Shown: positions 1 through 9,004, counted from the first letter of the stretch. The stretch: DNA of 63,744 nt from Patescibacteria group bacterium (GCA_038064535.1 JBBTSX010000001.1:1-63744); one strand, 5' to 3'. The notes: generated by a model from the letters alone, not told the origin. A program made the numbers and translations.

Positions 1-87
1 ACCCCCCTTGACGTCAATGGGGAAAATGGGTGGATTACGAGTGTATAAACCTGTGTATATCTCGGGCAGTTGCTATAGTAAGTAGCA

Positions 88-879
88 ATGGCAAGCCGAT
101 TCGGGCGTTCTCTTCTCCTCGTGTGCATGATGAGTTATGCACTTCCTGGGATTGTTTTTGCTTCTGCGGCGGCAGGATTCGCGCCGGGGTCACTCTGGCT
201 CTCGAAGACGGAAGCGAAGGCCGGTGAGACGCTGAAAATTTATACGGTCGTGTACGACAGTAGTAGCAGCAACATCGAGGGTGATGTTGTGTTCACCGTT
301 GACGCAAAAGACGCCGGCACACAACACTTCAAACTCAACGCTGGAGAGACGCAGATAGTTTCTTCGGATTGGAAGGCCATAGCGGGCACGCACACATTCG
401 GCGCGTCGCTTAAAAATGTTACCGGCGTTGCGGGCGCCGCGAACACACAGACGAACTCGACAAATATCACAATCGCCGATGCGCCGCCATCCCCCATCGC
501 GCAATACTCGAATGTCGTAACGAATATTATTTCTTCATCAAGTCCCGCTGTTCAAAATATCGTCCAATCGGTAGCGAGCACAACAGAAAATTGGCGGCAG
601 GCGGGGGTCGATTTCTTGTCGAAAGCCCTCTACACCGACCAAGTCCTCGCGACGGACAACCGCAGGCAGGAGCCCGCAGTGCTCGGCACGAGCACCTCCA
701 ACGTCATTTCCTCAAGCACGGCGAAAAAGAGCGGATTTTTCGGCTCTGTATGGCGCTATATCCTCCAAGCGCTCTTGTTCATTTTCACCATCAAACTACT
801 GTTCTACTTCGCGCTCCTCGTCGTCGTCTATATATTGTACAAAATCATCCGCGCCATCTTCTCGGAGCGCCGTCCCTGA
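88..879 (+). CDS. hypothetical secreted / membrane-anchored protein
   Basis: 263-aa ORF; N-terminal hydrophobic signal-like segment (SLLLVCMMSYALPGIVFASAAA) and C-terminal TM (LLFIFTIKLLFYFALLVVVYILY); no family recognised. Confidence 0.6.
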   Translation: MASRFGRSLLLVCMMSYALPGIVFASAAAGFAPGSLWLSKTEAKAGETLKIYTVVYDSSSSNIEGDVVFTVDAKDAGTQHFKLNAGETQIVSSDWKAIAGTHTFGASLKNVTGVAGAANTQTNSTNITIADAPPSPIAQYSNVVTNIISSSSPAVQNIVQSVASTTENWRQAGVDFLSKALYTDQVLATDNRRQEPAVLGTSTSNVISSSTAKKSGFFGSVWRYILQALLFIFTIKLLFYFALLVVVYILYKIIRAIFSERRP

Positions 880-883
880 AGAA

Positions 884-1219
884 TTATCTGAGCGCAAGAA
901 CAACGAACGCTGCGACAGCAAGCATGACACCCACGTATTGCGTCGATGTCAGCACTTCGCCGAGGAACAGATAACCGAGAAGGTTGGCGAGCATGATGGA
1001 GGCCAGTGCAAAGAGCGATGCGTTCCTGCCAAGCTCTACGAACGTCAGCAGATACAGCTGGCCGAACATTGCGACCGTGCGCAGCGTGAAGTACGCGAAA
1101 AACCAAGGACTAAGAAAATTGCTGAGTGTGAACCCGTACGTGCCCATGAAATGCCGCGCCAAAAGGTCGGCCGACGTATAGAGCACTTGCGTCAATAAAA
1201 CTAAAACGATTATATTCAT
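884..1219 (-). CDS. small EamA/SMR-like integral membrane protein (about 111 aa)
   Basis: Internal ATG at 1219 of tracked ORF 884..1615 starts a hydrophobic product MNIIVLVLLTQVLYTSADLLARH...; the upstream part of the tracked ORF is Arg-rich and overlaps the next gene. Confidence 0.6.
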   Translation of the reverse strand: MNIIVLVLLTQVLYTSADLLARHFMGTYGFTLSNFLSPWFFAYFTLRTVAMFGQLYLLTFVELGRNASLFALASIMLANLLGYLFLGEVLTSTQYVGVMLAVAAFVVLALR

Positions 1220-1233
1220 GCGAGCCCCGCAGC

Positions 1234-1602
1234 TTACTTGCCGCTGTCCTGAATGTCTTTTGTTTGTATCGGACTCTCTATGCCGGGCTTCCATTCGGCG
1301 TTGATGGTCGCAAATTTCTTTTCGTAGTCGGCGACCTGTGTCGCAAGATATTGCGACAGTCGCTTCATGTGCTGCGGCGTGAGCACATAGAATGTCCCCT
1401 GCTCGCCGTTGAGCATTCCCATCACAAAAGACTCCTGCGAAAAGCCGACGGTGATGTTTTCGCAAAACTGTTTCGGTACTTTGTTGAGGTCCATAGAGGT
1501 ATATTCTACTCCTCTTTCCGTGACTCGCCAGACGTCGGACAAAAAGTCCCGCTCGTGGACATCCTGCCGCGGCAATGCTATATCTCTTATCAGCACGTGC
1601 AT
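1234..1602 (-). CDS. DUF3467-like small protein
   Basis: FCENITVGFSQESFVMGM...VLTPQHMKRLSQYLATQVADYEKKFATI resembles the DUF3467 family; start uncertain (ATG at 1602 or 1494). Confidence 0.55.
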   Translation of the reverse strand: MHVLIRDIALPRQDVHERDFLSDVWRVTERGVEYTSMDLNKVPKQFCENITVGFSQESFVMGMLNGEQGTFYVLTPQHMKRLSQYLATQVADYEKKFATINAEWKPGIESPIQTKDIQDSGK

Positions 1603-1613
1603 GGGGAAATAAC

Positions 1614-2123
1614 ATGCGGTATCATTTCGTTTTTCATCGTCCACCCGACGACCAAGATATGGCTCACGGGTTCAAGATGATGCTGCTCGCCATGGCCCGC
1701 AAACCGGTTGAGGGCAGCTTCTTCGACATGATGACTAGGGACATCCGTGACATCGCGGACGACCGCGAGTTCTTGGCACGGCTCGAGTGTCGAGGCTACG
1801 ACGCCGGCATAGCCGAAGAGGACGGCAAGGTGCGCAGTGTCATTGCGTTCCAGCGACATTGGCTGGAGCTCCACTGCTTCCACTACCAGTCATTCAGGCC
1901 GGGGCAACGTATTACCTCGGCGCTTCTAAAGGAAGTGATGCAGCTGGCGTGGGACACTCAAGCCAAGCATGTCCTTATCTGGGGCGGCAATCAGCTCGGG
2001 AAACTTTCTCCCGAAAACGAAGCCGCCATGAGGGCCCTATACAAAAAGACGGTGGAGAACCGGCTGGGATTGGATTTTCCGGTCCGTGCCGGATTACTCG
2101 AAGGTGAAGCCATTCTCGGCTAA
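1614..2123 (+). CDS. hypothetical protein, weakly GNAT-acetyltransferase-like
   Basis: ATG 1614 (MRYHFVFHRP...); VIAFQRHWLELHCFHYQSFRPGQRITSALLKEVMQLA looks like a GNAT core; functional call weak. Confidence 0.5.
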   Translation: MRYHFVFHRPPDDQDMAHGFKMMLLAMARKPVEGSFFDMMTRDIRDIADDREFLARLECRGYDAGIAEEDGKVRSVIAFQRHWLELHCFHYQSFRPGQRITSALLKEVMQLAWDTQAKHVLIWGGNQLGKLSPENEAAMRALYKKTVENRLGLDFPVRAGLLEGEAILG

Positions 2124-2186
2124 CAGAATCCGATCGCGAGGCCGCCATTTGGGCGGCCTCTTGTTTTTTGTTGCTATACTTTCTCC

Positions 2187-3836
2187 ATGCTCCTTGCGGA
2201 GAGACTTGCGCGCGTTATCAAAGGCGACGCCCTCGACGATGCGGCGACTCGCGAAAAGTACAGTCGCGACACCAGTATTTTCGAGCGGCGACCTGAAGTC
2301 GTCGTGTTCCCCAAAGATGCCGATGACGTCGTCACGGTCGTCCGCTACGCGCACGAGGCGCGCGGGCGCGGCGAGAATGTCTCCGTCACTCCCCGCTCTG
2401 CCGGCACCGACATGACGGGCGGCGACCTTACCGATTCCATTTCACTCGTCTTCACCAAATACATGAATCACGTCGTCGAGGTCGGCGGCGATTATGCCGT
2501 CACCGAGCCGGGCGTCTATTACCGTGATTTTGAAAAAGCGACGCTCGCAAAGAACGGTAAGATACTCGCCTCCTACCCCGCATCGCGCGAAATCTGCGCG
2601 ATGGGCGGTATTGTGTCCAATAATTCCGGCGGCGAGCTCACGCTCCGGTACGGGAAAACCAACGACTACGTCCGCGAACTCGACGTCGTACTCTCCGACG
2701 GTTCGCAAATTACCGCACATCCGCTTTCCGCCGCCGAACTCGCCGAGAAAGAGCGCGAACAGACCTTTGAAGGAGAGATTTACCGCAAACTGCATGCGCT
2801 CATCGATGCTCATGCGACCGAGATTGAGGCCGCGCGACCGAATGTGACTAAAAATTCAGCAGGGTATGCACTCTGGAACGTGACGGACAGAAAACATGGG
2901 ACGTTCGACCTCACGCAGCTTTTTTGCGGCGCACAGGGCACGCTCGGCATCATCACCAAAGAAAAGCTCGGCCTCGTGAAGCTCAAGGAAAAGCGCGCAA
3001 TGCTCGTGATATTTCTCACCGACATCGGTATATTGCCGGAGATTGTGCGCCGCGTGATGAAATTCAAACCCGAATCGTTTGAATCCTACGATGACCAGAC
3101 CTTCAGTCTCGCGGTGAAATTTATCCCGCAAATAATCAGTCATGTAGGCTTTTTCAAAATGATTGCCCTCGGCTTCGCATTCCTGCCCGAAGTGTGGCTC
3201 GCGCTCACCGGCGGGATTCCCAAGCTCGTTTTGATGGCTGAATTTGCCGAAGACACCGCGGAAGAAGCATTCGAGGTCGCAAAACAGGCACGTGCCGAGC
3301 TCGACGGTATGGCGGTTCGTACAAAGATAGCGCGAAGCGAAGCGCAGACCGCAAAGTATTGGACCATCCGCCGCGAAAGTTTCAGTTTGCTGCGCAAAAA
3401 TCTCCGCGGGATGTTCGCGGCACCGTTCATAGACGACATTGTCGTGCATCCCGACGACTACCCGACATTTCTTCCGGAGTTGCATGAGCTTATCGAAGGT
3501 CACCGCTTCATTTACACGATTGCGGGGCACATCGGCGACGGCAATTTCCACATCATTCCGCTGGAACATATGGACAACCCCGCCGCACGCGCCGAGATAA
3601 CGGACCTGATGCCCAAGGTGTTCGCACTCGTCGCAAAATACAAGGGCTCTATCACCGGCGAACACAACGACGGAATCATCCGCACGCCGTATTTGCCTAT
3701 TATGTTCGGTGACAAGATGTGCGGGCTTTTTGCGGAAGTGAAGAGCATCTTCGACCCGCTCGGTGTTTTGAACCCAGGCAAAAAAACCGGCGGCACCATA
3801 GAAGACATCAAGCGAAGCATGATTACGCACGCATGA
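2187..3836 (+). CDS. FAD-binding oxidoreductase (GlcD / D-lactate dehydrogenase-like FAD-linked oxidase)
   Basis: 549 aa; N-terminal FAD-binding PCMH-type region (VVVFPKDADDVVTVVRYAHE...TPRSAGTDMTGG) and C-terminal FAD-oxidase region (GSITGEHNDGIIRTPY...DPLGVLNPGK). Confidence 0.88.
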   Translation: MLLAERLARVIKGDALDDAATREKYSRDTSIFERRPEVVVFPKDADDVVTVVRYAHEARGRGENVSVTPRSAGTDMTGGDLTDSISLVFTKYMNHVVEVGGDYAVTEPGVYYRDFEKATLAKNGKILASYPASREICAMGGIVSNNSGGELTLRYGKTNDYVRELDVVLSDGSQITAHPLSAAELAEKEREQTFEGEIYRKLHALIDAHATEIEAARPNVTKNSAGYALWNVTDRKHGTFDLTQLFCGAQGTLGIITKEKLGLVKLKEKRAMLVIFLTDIGILPEIVRRVMKFKPESFESYDDQTFSLAVKFIPQIISHVGFFKMIALGFAFLPEVWLALTGGIPKLVLMAEFAEDTAEEAFEVAKQARAELDGMAVRTKIARSEAQTAKYWTIRRESFSLLRKNLRGMFAAPFIDDIVVHPDDYPTFLPELHELIEGHRFIYTIAGHIGDGNFHIIPLEHMDNPAARAEITDLMPKVFALVAKYKGSITGEHNDGIIRTPYLPIMFGDKMCGLFAEVKSIFDPLGVLNPGKKTGGTIEDIKRSMITHA

Positions 3837-4993
3837 GGCGCTCACTGAATGACGCGGCACAGGCCGGCAAAGACATCGCCTGCCGGCGCCCCCGCGCCCC
3901 TATAGTCGGCCGCCAAAACGCGCGAGGTTCTTTTGCTGCACGGAAAGTCTTTGCCGGCCTGTGCCGCGTCATACCTCCCACGCTAGTCACACTGACACTT
4001 CCCCTCGTCGCCTCCGCGCACGAAGTATACGTACTTGACCAGACGACCGTCTTGCGCGATGTAGCGGCGCAATCTCCGAATCCGTTCACCGCATATACCG
4101 GAAACGAAGCGGACTTCTTTTTTTGGGGTACCGTCTCCCTCGCCACGACCCTCGCCGTCCTGTTTGCGTCGCTCTACCGACGCATAGAGAGCCGGTTCGA
4201 TTCAGTGGTTCGCCAGCTGAAACGCCTTGCTCACCCGATGGCCCGCGTTACTTGTGGAGTGTGTCTCATCGCCTCGGGCTACTACGGAGCGCTTTTCGGA
4301 CCCGAACTGCCTCTTGGCCAACTATTCGGCGTCTCAGGCTCTTTGCTGCAACTCGTTTTCATTGCGGGGGGCGCCCTCATTCTGATAGGACTGTATACTA
4401 CACGCCACGTCGCCGCCATACTGCTTGTTCTCTACCTTTTCGCAGCCAAAGAGGGCGGCTGGTACCTGCTCACCTACGCCAGCTATCTCGGCATGTTCCT
4501 GTTCCTCCTGATTCTCGGCTCGGGCATCTGGTCCGTGGAAAGGACGTACGGACTTAAAACGTTGCCGCGTATGGTTTCCCGGTTTATGCACCGCTTCGAC
4601 CACTTTGCCTTCCCCCTCATGCGCATGCTGTTCGGGATTGGCGTCGTGTACGCGTCGGTATATGCAAAATTCCTGCACTCCCAACTTGCGCTTGATGTGG
4701 TGACACAGTATCACCTGACGAACTATTTCCCGTTCGACCCGCTGTTCATCGTCTTGGGCGCGCTCATTATCGAATTCCTCGCGGGTCTTTTCCTTATTAT
4801 CGGATTCGAGATTCGCTGGACCTGCCTGTTCCTTCTCTTCTGGCTTACGTTGAGCCTTCTCTACTTCGGCGAATCGGTGTGGCCGCACCTGGTGCTTTTC
4901 GGCCTTGGCCTGGCCATCTTCTTTCACGGATACGACAGATACTCCCTCGAGGGAATATTCTTCAAGAAGCGTAAGCTCGAGCCCGTGCTCTAA
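3833..4993 (+). CDS. polytopic integral membrane protein, unknown function
   Basis: ATG 3833 overlaps the upstream stop (ATGA); many hydrophobic helices; first ~45 codons are encoded by a 26-bp inverted repeat, so the true start is uncertain. Confidence 0.6.
   Translation: MRRSLNDAAQAGKDIACRRPRAPIVGRQNARGSFAARKVFAGLCRVIPPTLVTLTLPLVASAHEVYVLDQTTVLRDVAAQSPNPFTAYTGNEADFFFWGTVSLATTLAVLFASLYRRIESRFDSVVRQLKRLAHPMARVTCGVCLIASGYYGALFGPELPLGQLFGVSGSLLQLVFIAGGALILIGLYTTRHVAAILLVLYLFAAKEGGWYLLTYASYLGMFLFLLILGSGIWSVERTYGLKTLPRMVSRFMHRFDHFAFPLMRMLFGIGVVYASVYAKFLHSQLALDVVTQYHLTNYFPFDPLFIVLGALIIEFLAGLFLIIGFEIRWTCLFLLFWLTLSLLYFGESVWPHLVLFGLGLAIFFHGYDRYSLEGIFFKKRKLEPVL
3849..3972. repeat. perfect 26-bp inverted repeat (ATGACGCGGCACAGGCCGGCAAAGAC / GTCTTTGCCGGCCTGTGCCGCGTCAT) with 72-nt spacer
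   Basis: Arms 3849..3874 and 3947..3972 are exact reverse complements; lies inside the annotated 5' end of CDS 3833..4993. Confidence 0.9.
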
Positions 4994-5009
4994 GAGTCTT
5001 GTTTGCGTG

Positions 5010-5105
5010 CCCCGTTAGAGAAAACTGTCACATGCTTCTCACCGACCCGGCGTTCGGTGAGGCTCCTTTTTGAAAACCGCCGTCTAGTATGTTTCTCTAA
5101 CGGGG
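5010..5105. repeat. family A foldback element copy A1 (CCCCGTTAGAGAAA ... TTTCTCTAACGGGG)
   Basis: 14-nt perfect arms at 5010..5023 and 5092..5105; direct repeat GCGTGC at 5005..5010 and 5105..5110; interior carries a terminator. Confidence 0.85.
5038..5071 (+). terminator. intrinsic terminator after CDS 3833..4993
   Basis: CTCACCGA-cccggcgt-TCGGTGAG followed by GCTCCTTTTT. Confidence 0.65.
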
Positions 5106-5620
5106 CGTGCAATAAGCGCGATGAGGATGAAGAGCGCGAACGCCGAGAGCGCCATCCACGGCATGGTGATGTAGCCGAACTCAAAAATACTCCTGACCGC
5201 GCAAGCACCTGTCGCATCACACGGAATGAGTGCGCCGGCGGGTAGCATCTGTAAAAGGTGCTGGTAGAGCGCGACCAGTGCGCCCGGAATAGAGAGCACG
5301 AGCACGTAGTCCGCGATGTCGGAAAATCTGACGTTCTTCAAGAGCGCTACTCCCGAGATAAACGCGATCGGGTACATGAAAATCCTCTGCCACCAGCACA
5401 GGTCGCACGGAGGGAGAAATACGACGTACTGGATGAAGAGTGAACCGACGAGACAGCCGGTTGCAAATACAAACGTGACGAGGAGCGCGTAGCGGCGGAT
5501 GAATGCGAGTGTAGATACCCGCCATGCAGGGCTCAAGAGGCCCGCGAGGACGAGTACGACCGCCGCGTTCATAGCGACCGTGCCGAGACCCATAAGCGTG
5601 ATGAATATGTTGGACTGCAT
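5084..5620 (-). CDS. disulfide bond formation protein, DsbB/BdbC family
   Basis: Membrane protein with CDLCWWQRIFMYP (CxxC-x-QR motif typical of the family); last 8 codons (RPVRETY) are encoded by the arm of repeat A1. Confidence 0.85.
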   Translation of the reverse strand: MQSNIFITLMGLGTVAMNAAVVLVLAGLLSPAWRVSTLAFIRRYALLVTFVFATGCLVGSLFIQYVVFLPPCDLCWWQRIFMYPIAFISGVALLKNVRFSDIADYVLVLSIPGALVALYQHLLQMLPAGALIPCDATGACAVRSIFEFGYITMPWMALSAFALFILIALIARPVRETY

Positions 5621-5629
5621 GAGACGCTG

Positions 5630-6310
5630 TTATTGCTGGCTCGATGAGGCGAGTGCCGCATCAATAACCGCCTTGAATGCCGCCGCACTTTGCGGATTCG
5701 GTATCTGTTTGAGGTCGACGAAGAACGTCGGCGTGTGGTTTACCTTCGCGGCGTTTGCGGTTGCCATGTCCGTCTGGATTTTCTGCTTCACTGTCGGCGA
5801 ATTTATGTCCGTATTGAATTTCGCGACATCAAGCCCGAGCGACTGTGCATACACAGCAAGATATTTCGAGACTATCGTACCTGCGGCGGCATCAGACCAT
5901 TCGGCCTGCTTCGCATAGAGGAGGTCGTGCATTTCCCAGTACTTGCCCTGCAAGCCGGCGGCTTCGGCCGCTTGCGAGGTTATCATCCCGTTTTGGTGTT
6001 GGGGAAGCGGATAATTGCGGAATACAAATTTCACGTCGGACGCATACTCTTCTTCGAGCTGTTGCAAGATGGGCTCATACGCGGCGCACGCCGGACATTG
6101 AAAATCTCCGTATGTTATCACGCTGACTTTGGCATTCTTATTGCCGGTCACCCAATCAGCCGGCGTAATGTCCGCTACGGTCGTCGCCTCGAAGCCTCCC
6201 TGCGGCAAGACGGTGCCGGAAGAAGAAAGCCCCGCAATCACGGCAATGGCCACGATGACGACAAGGAAGCCTCCTGCCATCCACATCTGTATTTTCCGGT
6301 CATTTTCCAT
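5630..6310 (-). CDS. membrane-anchored DsbA-like thiol:disulfide oxidoreductase
   Basis: N-terminal TM anchor, thioredoxin fold with CPAC active site (YGDFQCPACAAYEP); adjacent to the BdbC-like gene. Confidence 0.85.
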   Translation of the reverse strand: MENDRKIQMWMAGGFLVVIVAIAVIAGLSSSGTVLPQGGFEATTVADITPADWVTGNKNAKVSVITYGDFQCPACAAYEPILQQLEEEYASDVKFVFRNYPLPQHQNGMITSQAAEAAGLQGKYWEMHDLLYAKQAEWSDAAAGTIVSKYLAVYAQSLGLDVAKFNTDINSPTVKQKIQTDMATANAAKVNHTPTFFVDLKQIPNPQSAAAFKAVIDAALASSSQQ

Positions 6311-6372
6311 CGCCGTATACTACCGCCGATTATCGCGGAGTGCAAAAGCTTTGCGTCTGCTACAATTCCGCC

Positions 6373-6888
6373 ATGACAAATCCGATATTGGAGGCCGAAA
6401 AAGCCCTGCACATCGAAGATGTGGACCGCGCGTTCCTTCTCAAGGTGGTCCAGCCCTCGTTGGTCGGCCTTATCGACGGCTCCATCTCCACGCTCGCCCC
6501 CCTCTTTGCGGCGGCGTTCGCGAGCCACGACCCGCACATCACGTTCCTCGTCGGCACGGCCGCGGCCATCGGCGCCGCCATCTCGATGGCTTTCGCGGAG
6601 GGACTATCCGACACGGGCGAACACACGGGGCGCGGTCACCCCGCCATTCGCGGCTCCATCGTCGGTGCGGCGACTTTCATCGGCGGTATCTTCCACACGC
6701 TTCCCTTCCTCGTCCCCGATTTGAACACTGCTCTCACGCTCGCGTATATCGTCGTGGCAGTGGAGTTGATTGCCATCAGCTACATTCGATTCCACTACTT
6801 TAAACTCAGTTTTTGGTCGTCTATCGCGCAAGTGCTCTTTGGTGGCGTACTTGTATTTCTCGCCGGTATCCTCATCGGCAGCGCATGA
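6373..6888 (+). CDS. VIT1/CCC1 (DUF125) family membrane protein, putative Fe/Mn transporter
   Basis: LVGLIDGSISTLAPLFAAAF...AFAEGLSD...hydrophobic C-terminal helices; ATG at 6373. Confidence 0.75.
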   Translation: MTNPILEAEKALHIEDVDRAFLLKVVQPSLVGLIDGSISTLAPLFAAAFASHDPHITFLVGTAAAIGAAISMAFAEGLSDTGEHTGRGHPAIRGSIVGAATFIGGIFHTLPFLVPDLNTALTLAYIVVAVELIAISYIRFHYFKLSFWSSIAQVLFGGVLVFLAGILIGSA

Positions 6889-6917
6889 TGCGGCGCCCTC
6901 TTGGCGCCGCTCGTAAA

Positions 6918-7625
6918 CTAATGATGTTTCTTCGCGCCGCACCTGCAACCATGCGGACGAATGAACTCGTCGAAATACTCATCGCCATAGTCGATGGTTA
7001 TCTCCTCTCCCTCCGTAATCTTTTTAATGGCAGAAATGATGATGCGGCCGCCTGCCTGCCGCGCCCCTGTCTGCGTGCTACGCACAGGCAGGCGACCGGC
7101 TTTTATTTCTCGCTTAATCCACTTTCGGCCAAACCCGGTTTTCAACCACTTTTCTCTGGCAACTGCCTCCTCACGACTAGAGTATTCTTCCGAATGAACT
7201 ATGCCGCGTGGTCTGTACTTTGAAGTGTACTCAGCGCCTCTGCCAGTGGTATGCTCGTTCCACCTTTTCAACAAATTTTGGGTTTGGCCGATATACATCG
7301 CTCCATTTTCACATTCGATGACATAAACAAAAAAGGTATTCGGTCGCGGCGCAGGCAGGTCAACGATTTCCGCTTCGGTGTTGGGGTCGCAGGAATGATT
7401 GATGTATCGGGCGACACTGCCACCGTGCTCAGCGTCTATCGTCCATTCATCGTCTATTTCAAACAGGTATTTGCTTTTCATCGCATCTGCCTCTTTAGAG
7501 TCAACTTTTGTACCCGTGTATTCGGCAACGAACGCCCCTTTCTTGATATCGGCATCCGCAAAAAGCCCCTGCCCTTTGCCGGAGCTGGCATCTTTCACTG
7601 TCACAGACGGGGCTGTCGCTTCCAT
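6918..7625 (-). CDS. SET-domain protein with an in-frame GIY-YIG (URI/YhbQ-like) nuclease domain inserted in SET-C
   Basis: SET motifs GKGQGLFA...ARYINHSCDPN and GGRIIISAIKKITEGEEITIDYG...CRCG are split by FFVYVIECENGAMYIGQTQNLLKRWNEHTTGRGAEYTSKYRP...EEAVAREKWLK (GIY-YIG). Confidence 0.8.
   Translation of the reverse strand: MEATAPSVTVKDASSGKGQGLFADADIKKGAFVAEYTGTKVDSKEADAMKSKYLFEIDDEWTIDAEHGGSVARYINHSCDPNTEAEIVDLPAPRPNTFFVYVIECENGAMYIGQTQNLLKRWNEHTTGRGAEYTSKYRPRGIVHSEEYSSREEAVAREKWLKTGFGRKWIKREIKAGRLPVRSTQTGARQAGGRIIISAIKKITEGEEITIDYGDEYFDEFIRPHGCRCGAKKHH
7051..7092. repeat. GC-rich family D hairpin (CCTGCCTG ... CAGGCAGG) inside the SET gene
   Basis: Arms 7051..7058 / 7085..7092 are complementary; encodes the linker RLPVRSTQTGARQAG; a third arm GCAGGCAGG sits at 7351..7359 on the other side of the GIY-YIG module. 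Confidence 0.7.
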
Positions 7626-7648
7626 ACGGCGTGAGTATAATACGGGTA

Positions 7649-8911
7649 ATGACAAAACGGGAGAAGCTCTCTACCGAAAGCTACAAAGGGGTCCGGGATT
7701 TTTACCCCGAAGACCAATTCCTCCAGCGCTACCTTTTCGAGCACATGGAACGCGTCTGCGAGCTGTTCGGCTACGAAGAGTACAGCGCGAGCATCCTTGA
7801 GCACTCCGAGCTCTACCGGAGCAAGACTTCGGAAGAAATCGTAAACGAGCAGACGTACACCTTTACCGACCGCGGGAATCGCGAGGTGACGCTCCGTCCC
7901 GAGATGACGCCGACACTCGCGCGCATGATTGCCGCGCGCTCGCGCGACATTCCCCTCCCTGCGCGCTGGTACACTATCGCCAATGTCTTCCGCTACGAGC
8001 GCCCGCAGCGCGGCCGTCTGCGCGAGCACTGGCAGCTCAACGCCGACCTCGTCGGCGCCGAAGGCGTGGAAGCTGATGCGGAGATAATCGCGGTCGCGCA
8101 CGGCGTGATGCGAAGCCTCGGTGCTGAAGAGCGTGATTTCGAGATACGTGTTTCCGACCGCCGCATTCTCGACTCTATCTATCAATCCGTCGGCATCGCC
8201 AAGGAATATGCCGCCGACATTACGCGCCTCCTCGACCGTCGCGCGAAAGTGGACGACTTCGAGAAGCGCCTCACCGATATGATCGCTCACGAAGAAAAAG
8301 CCGTGAAGCTCATCGAAGAATTGGAACGCGTGACATCGAGCGCCTATCTCGAAGAGCTGCGCATCACTCTCGAGCGCATGGGCGTCCACAACATGATAGT
8401 GGACACGTCCATCACGCGCGGGTTTGACTACTACACGGGCATGATATTCGAGGTGTACGACACTCACGAAGACAATCGCCGCTCGCTCTTCGGCGGCGGT
8501 CGCTATGACAACCTGCTCGGTATGTTCGGCGGCGAAAGCATTCCCGCCGTCGGCTTCGGCATGGGCGACGTGACCGCGCGGGACTTCCTCGAGGCTCACA
8601 ACCTCCTTCCCGAGTACGCACCGGCGACCGAGCTCATGCTCTGCGTCGTTGACAAAGAATCGAGCGCTCACGCCATCCAGCTCGCGCAGGCACTCCGGCG
8701 CGAAGATGTCACCGTCGCTATCAATTTCTCAGGCAAACGCATCGGCGACCAAATCCGTCAGGCCGACAAAATGAAAGTACCGTTCGTTATCGCCATCGGT
8801 GAAAAAGAGCGTGTTGAGGGCCGCTATGCTATCAAAAATCTCGCAACCGGCGCCGAAATGACGCTTCCGGCGGACCGCATCGCGGAACACCTTTTTAGCA
8901 GTCTCGGGTGA
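7649..8911 (+). CDS. hisS: histidine--tRNA ligase
   Basis: YKGVRDFYPED, FRYERPQRGRLREHWQ, GGGRYDNL motifs; TATAAT (7636..7641)-N7-ATG 7649 supports the start. Confidence 0.92.
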   Translation: MTKREKLSTESYKGVRDFYPEDQFLQRYLFEHMERVCELFGYEEYSASILEHSELYRSKTSEEIVNEQTYTFTDRGNREVTLRPEMTPTLARMIAARSRDIPLPARWYTIANVFRYERPQRGRLREHWQLNADLVGAEGVEADAEIIAVAHGVMRSLGAEERDFEIRVSDRRILDSIYQSVGIAKEYAADITRLLDRRAKVDDFEKRLTDMIAHEEKAVKLIEELERVTSSAYLEELRITLERMGVHNMIVDTSITRGFDYYTGMIFEVYDTHEDNRRSLFGGGRYDNLLGMFGGESIPAVGFGMGDVTARDFLEAHNLLPEYAPATELMLCVVDKESSAHAIQLAQALRREDVTVAINFSGKRIGDQIRQADKMKVPFVIAIGEKERVEGRYAIKNLATGAEMTLPADRIAEHLFSSLG

Positions 8912-9004
8912 GTGTCGTAAGCGTTGTACACGTTGTAAACGTTCAAATCGCCGATATTTTCCCTTGCATAAAACGAATAGAACGTCTATAACGACTTGAA
9001 CGTC

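Noticed and set aside
4-23. CCCCTTGACGTCAATGGGG near-palindrome at the window edge, and the GCCCCAACGGGGC hairpins (27105..27117, 55542..55551), as further family A copies
   Set aside because: They share only the CCCC...GGGG clamp, not the GTTAGAA core. This is insufficient to assign them to the family, and the first is truncated by the window edge.
7601-8671. Long antisense or alternative-frame ORFs inside well-supported genes (7601..8671 in hisS, 46813..47790 in rnj, 58934..59959 in glmS, 49991..50887 in the HAD gene, 61381..62235 in the DHOD-like gene, 32159..33157 in giant 1, 42592..43233 in groEL)
   Set aside because: These are typical GC-rich shadow ORFs. They have Arg/Ala/Gly/His-rich compositions and no motifs, and each fully overlaps a gene with clear family signatures.
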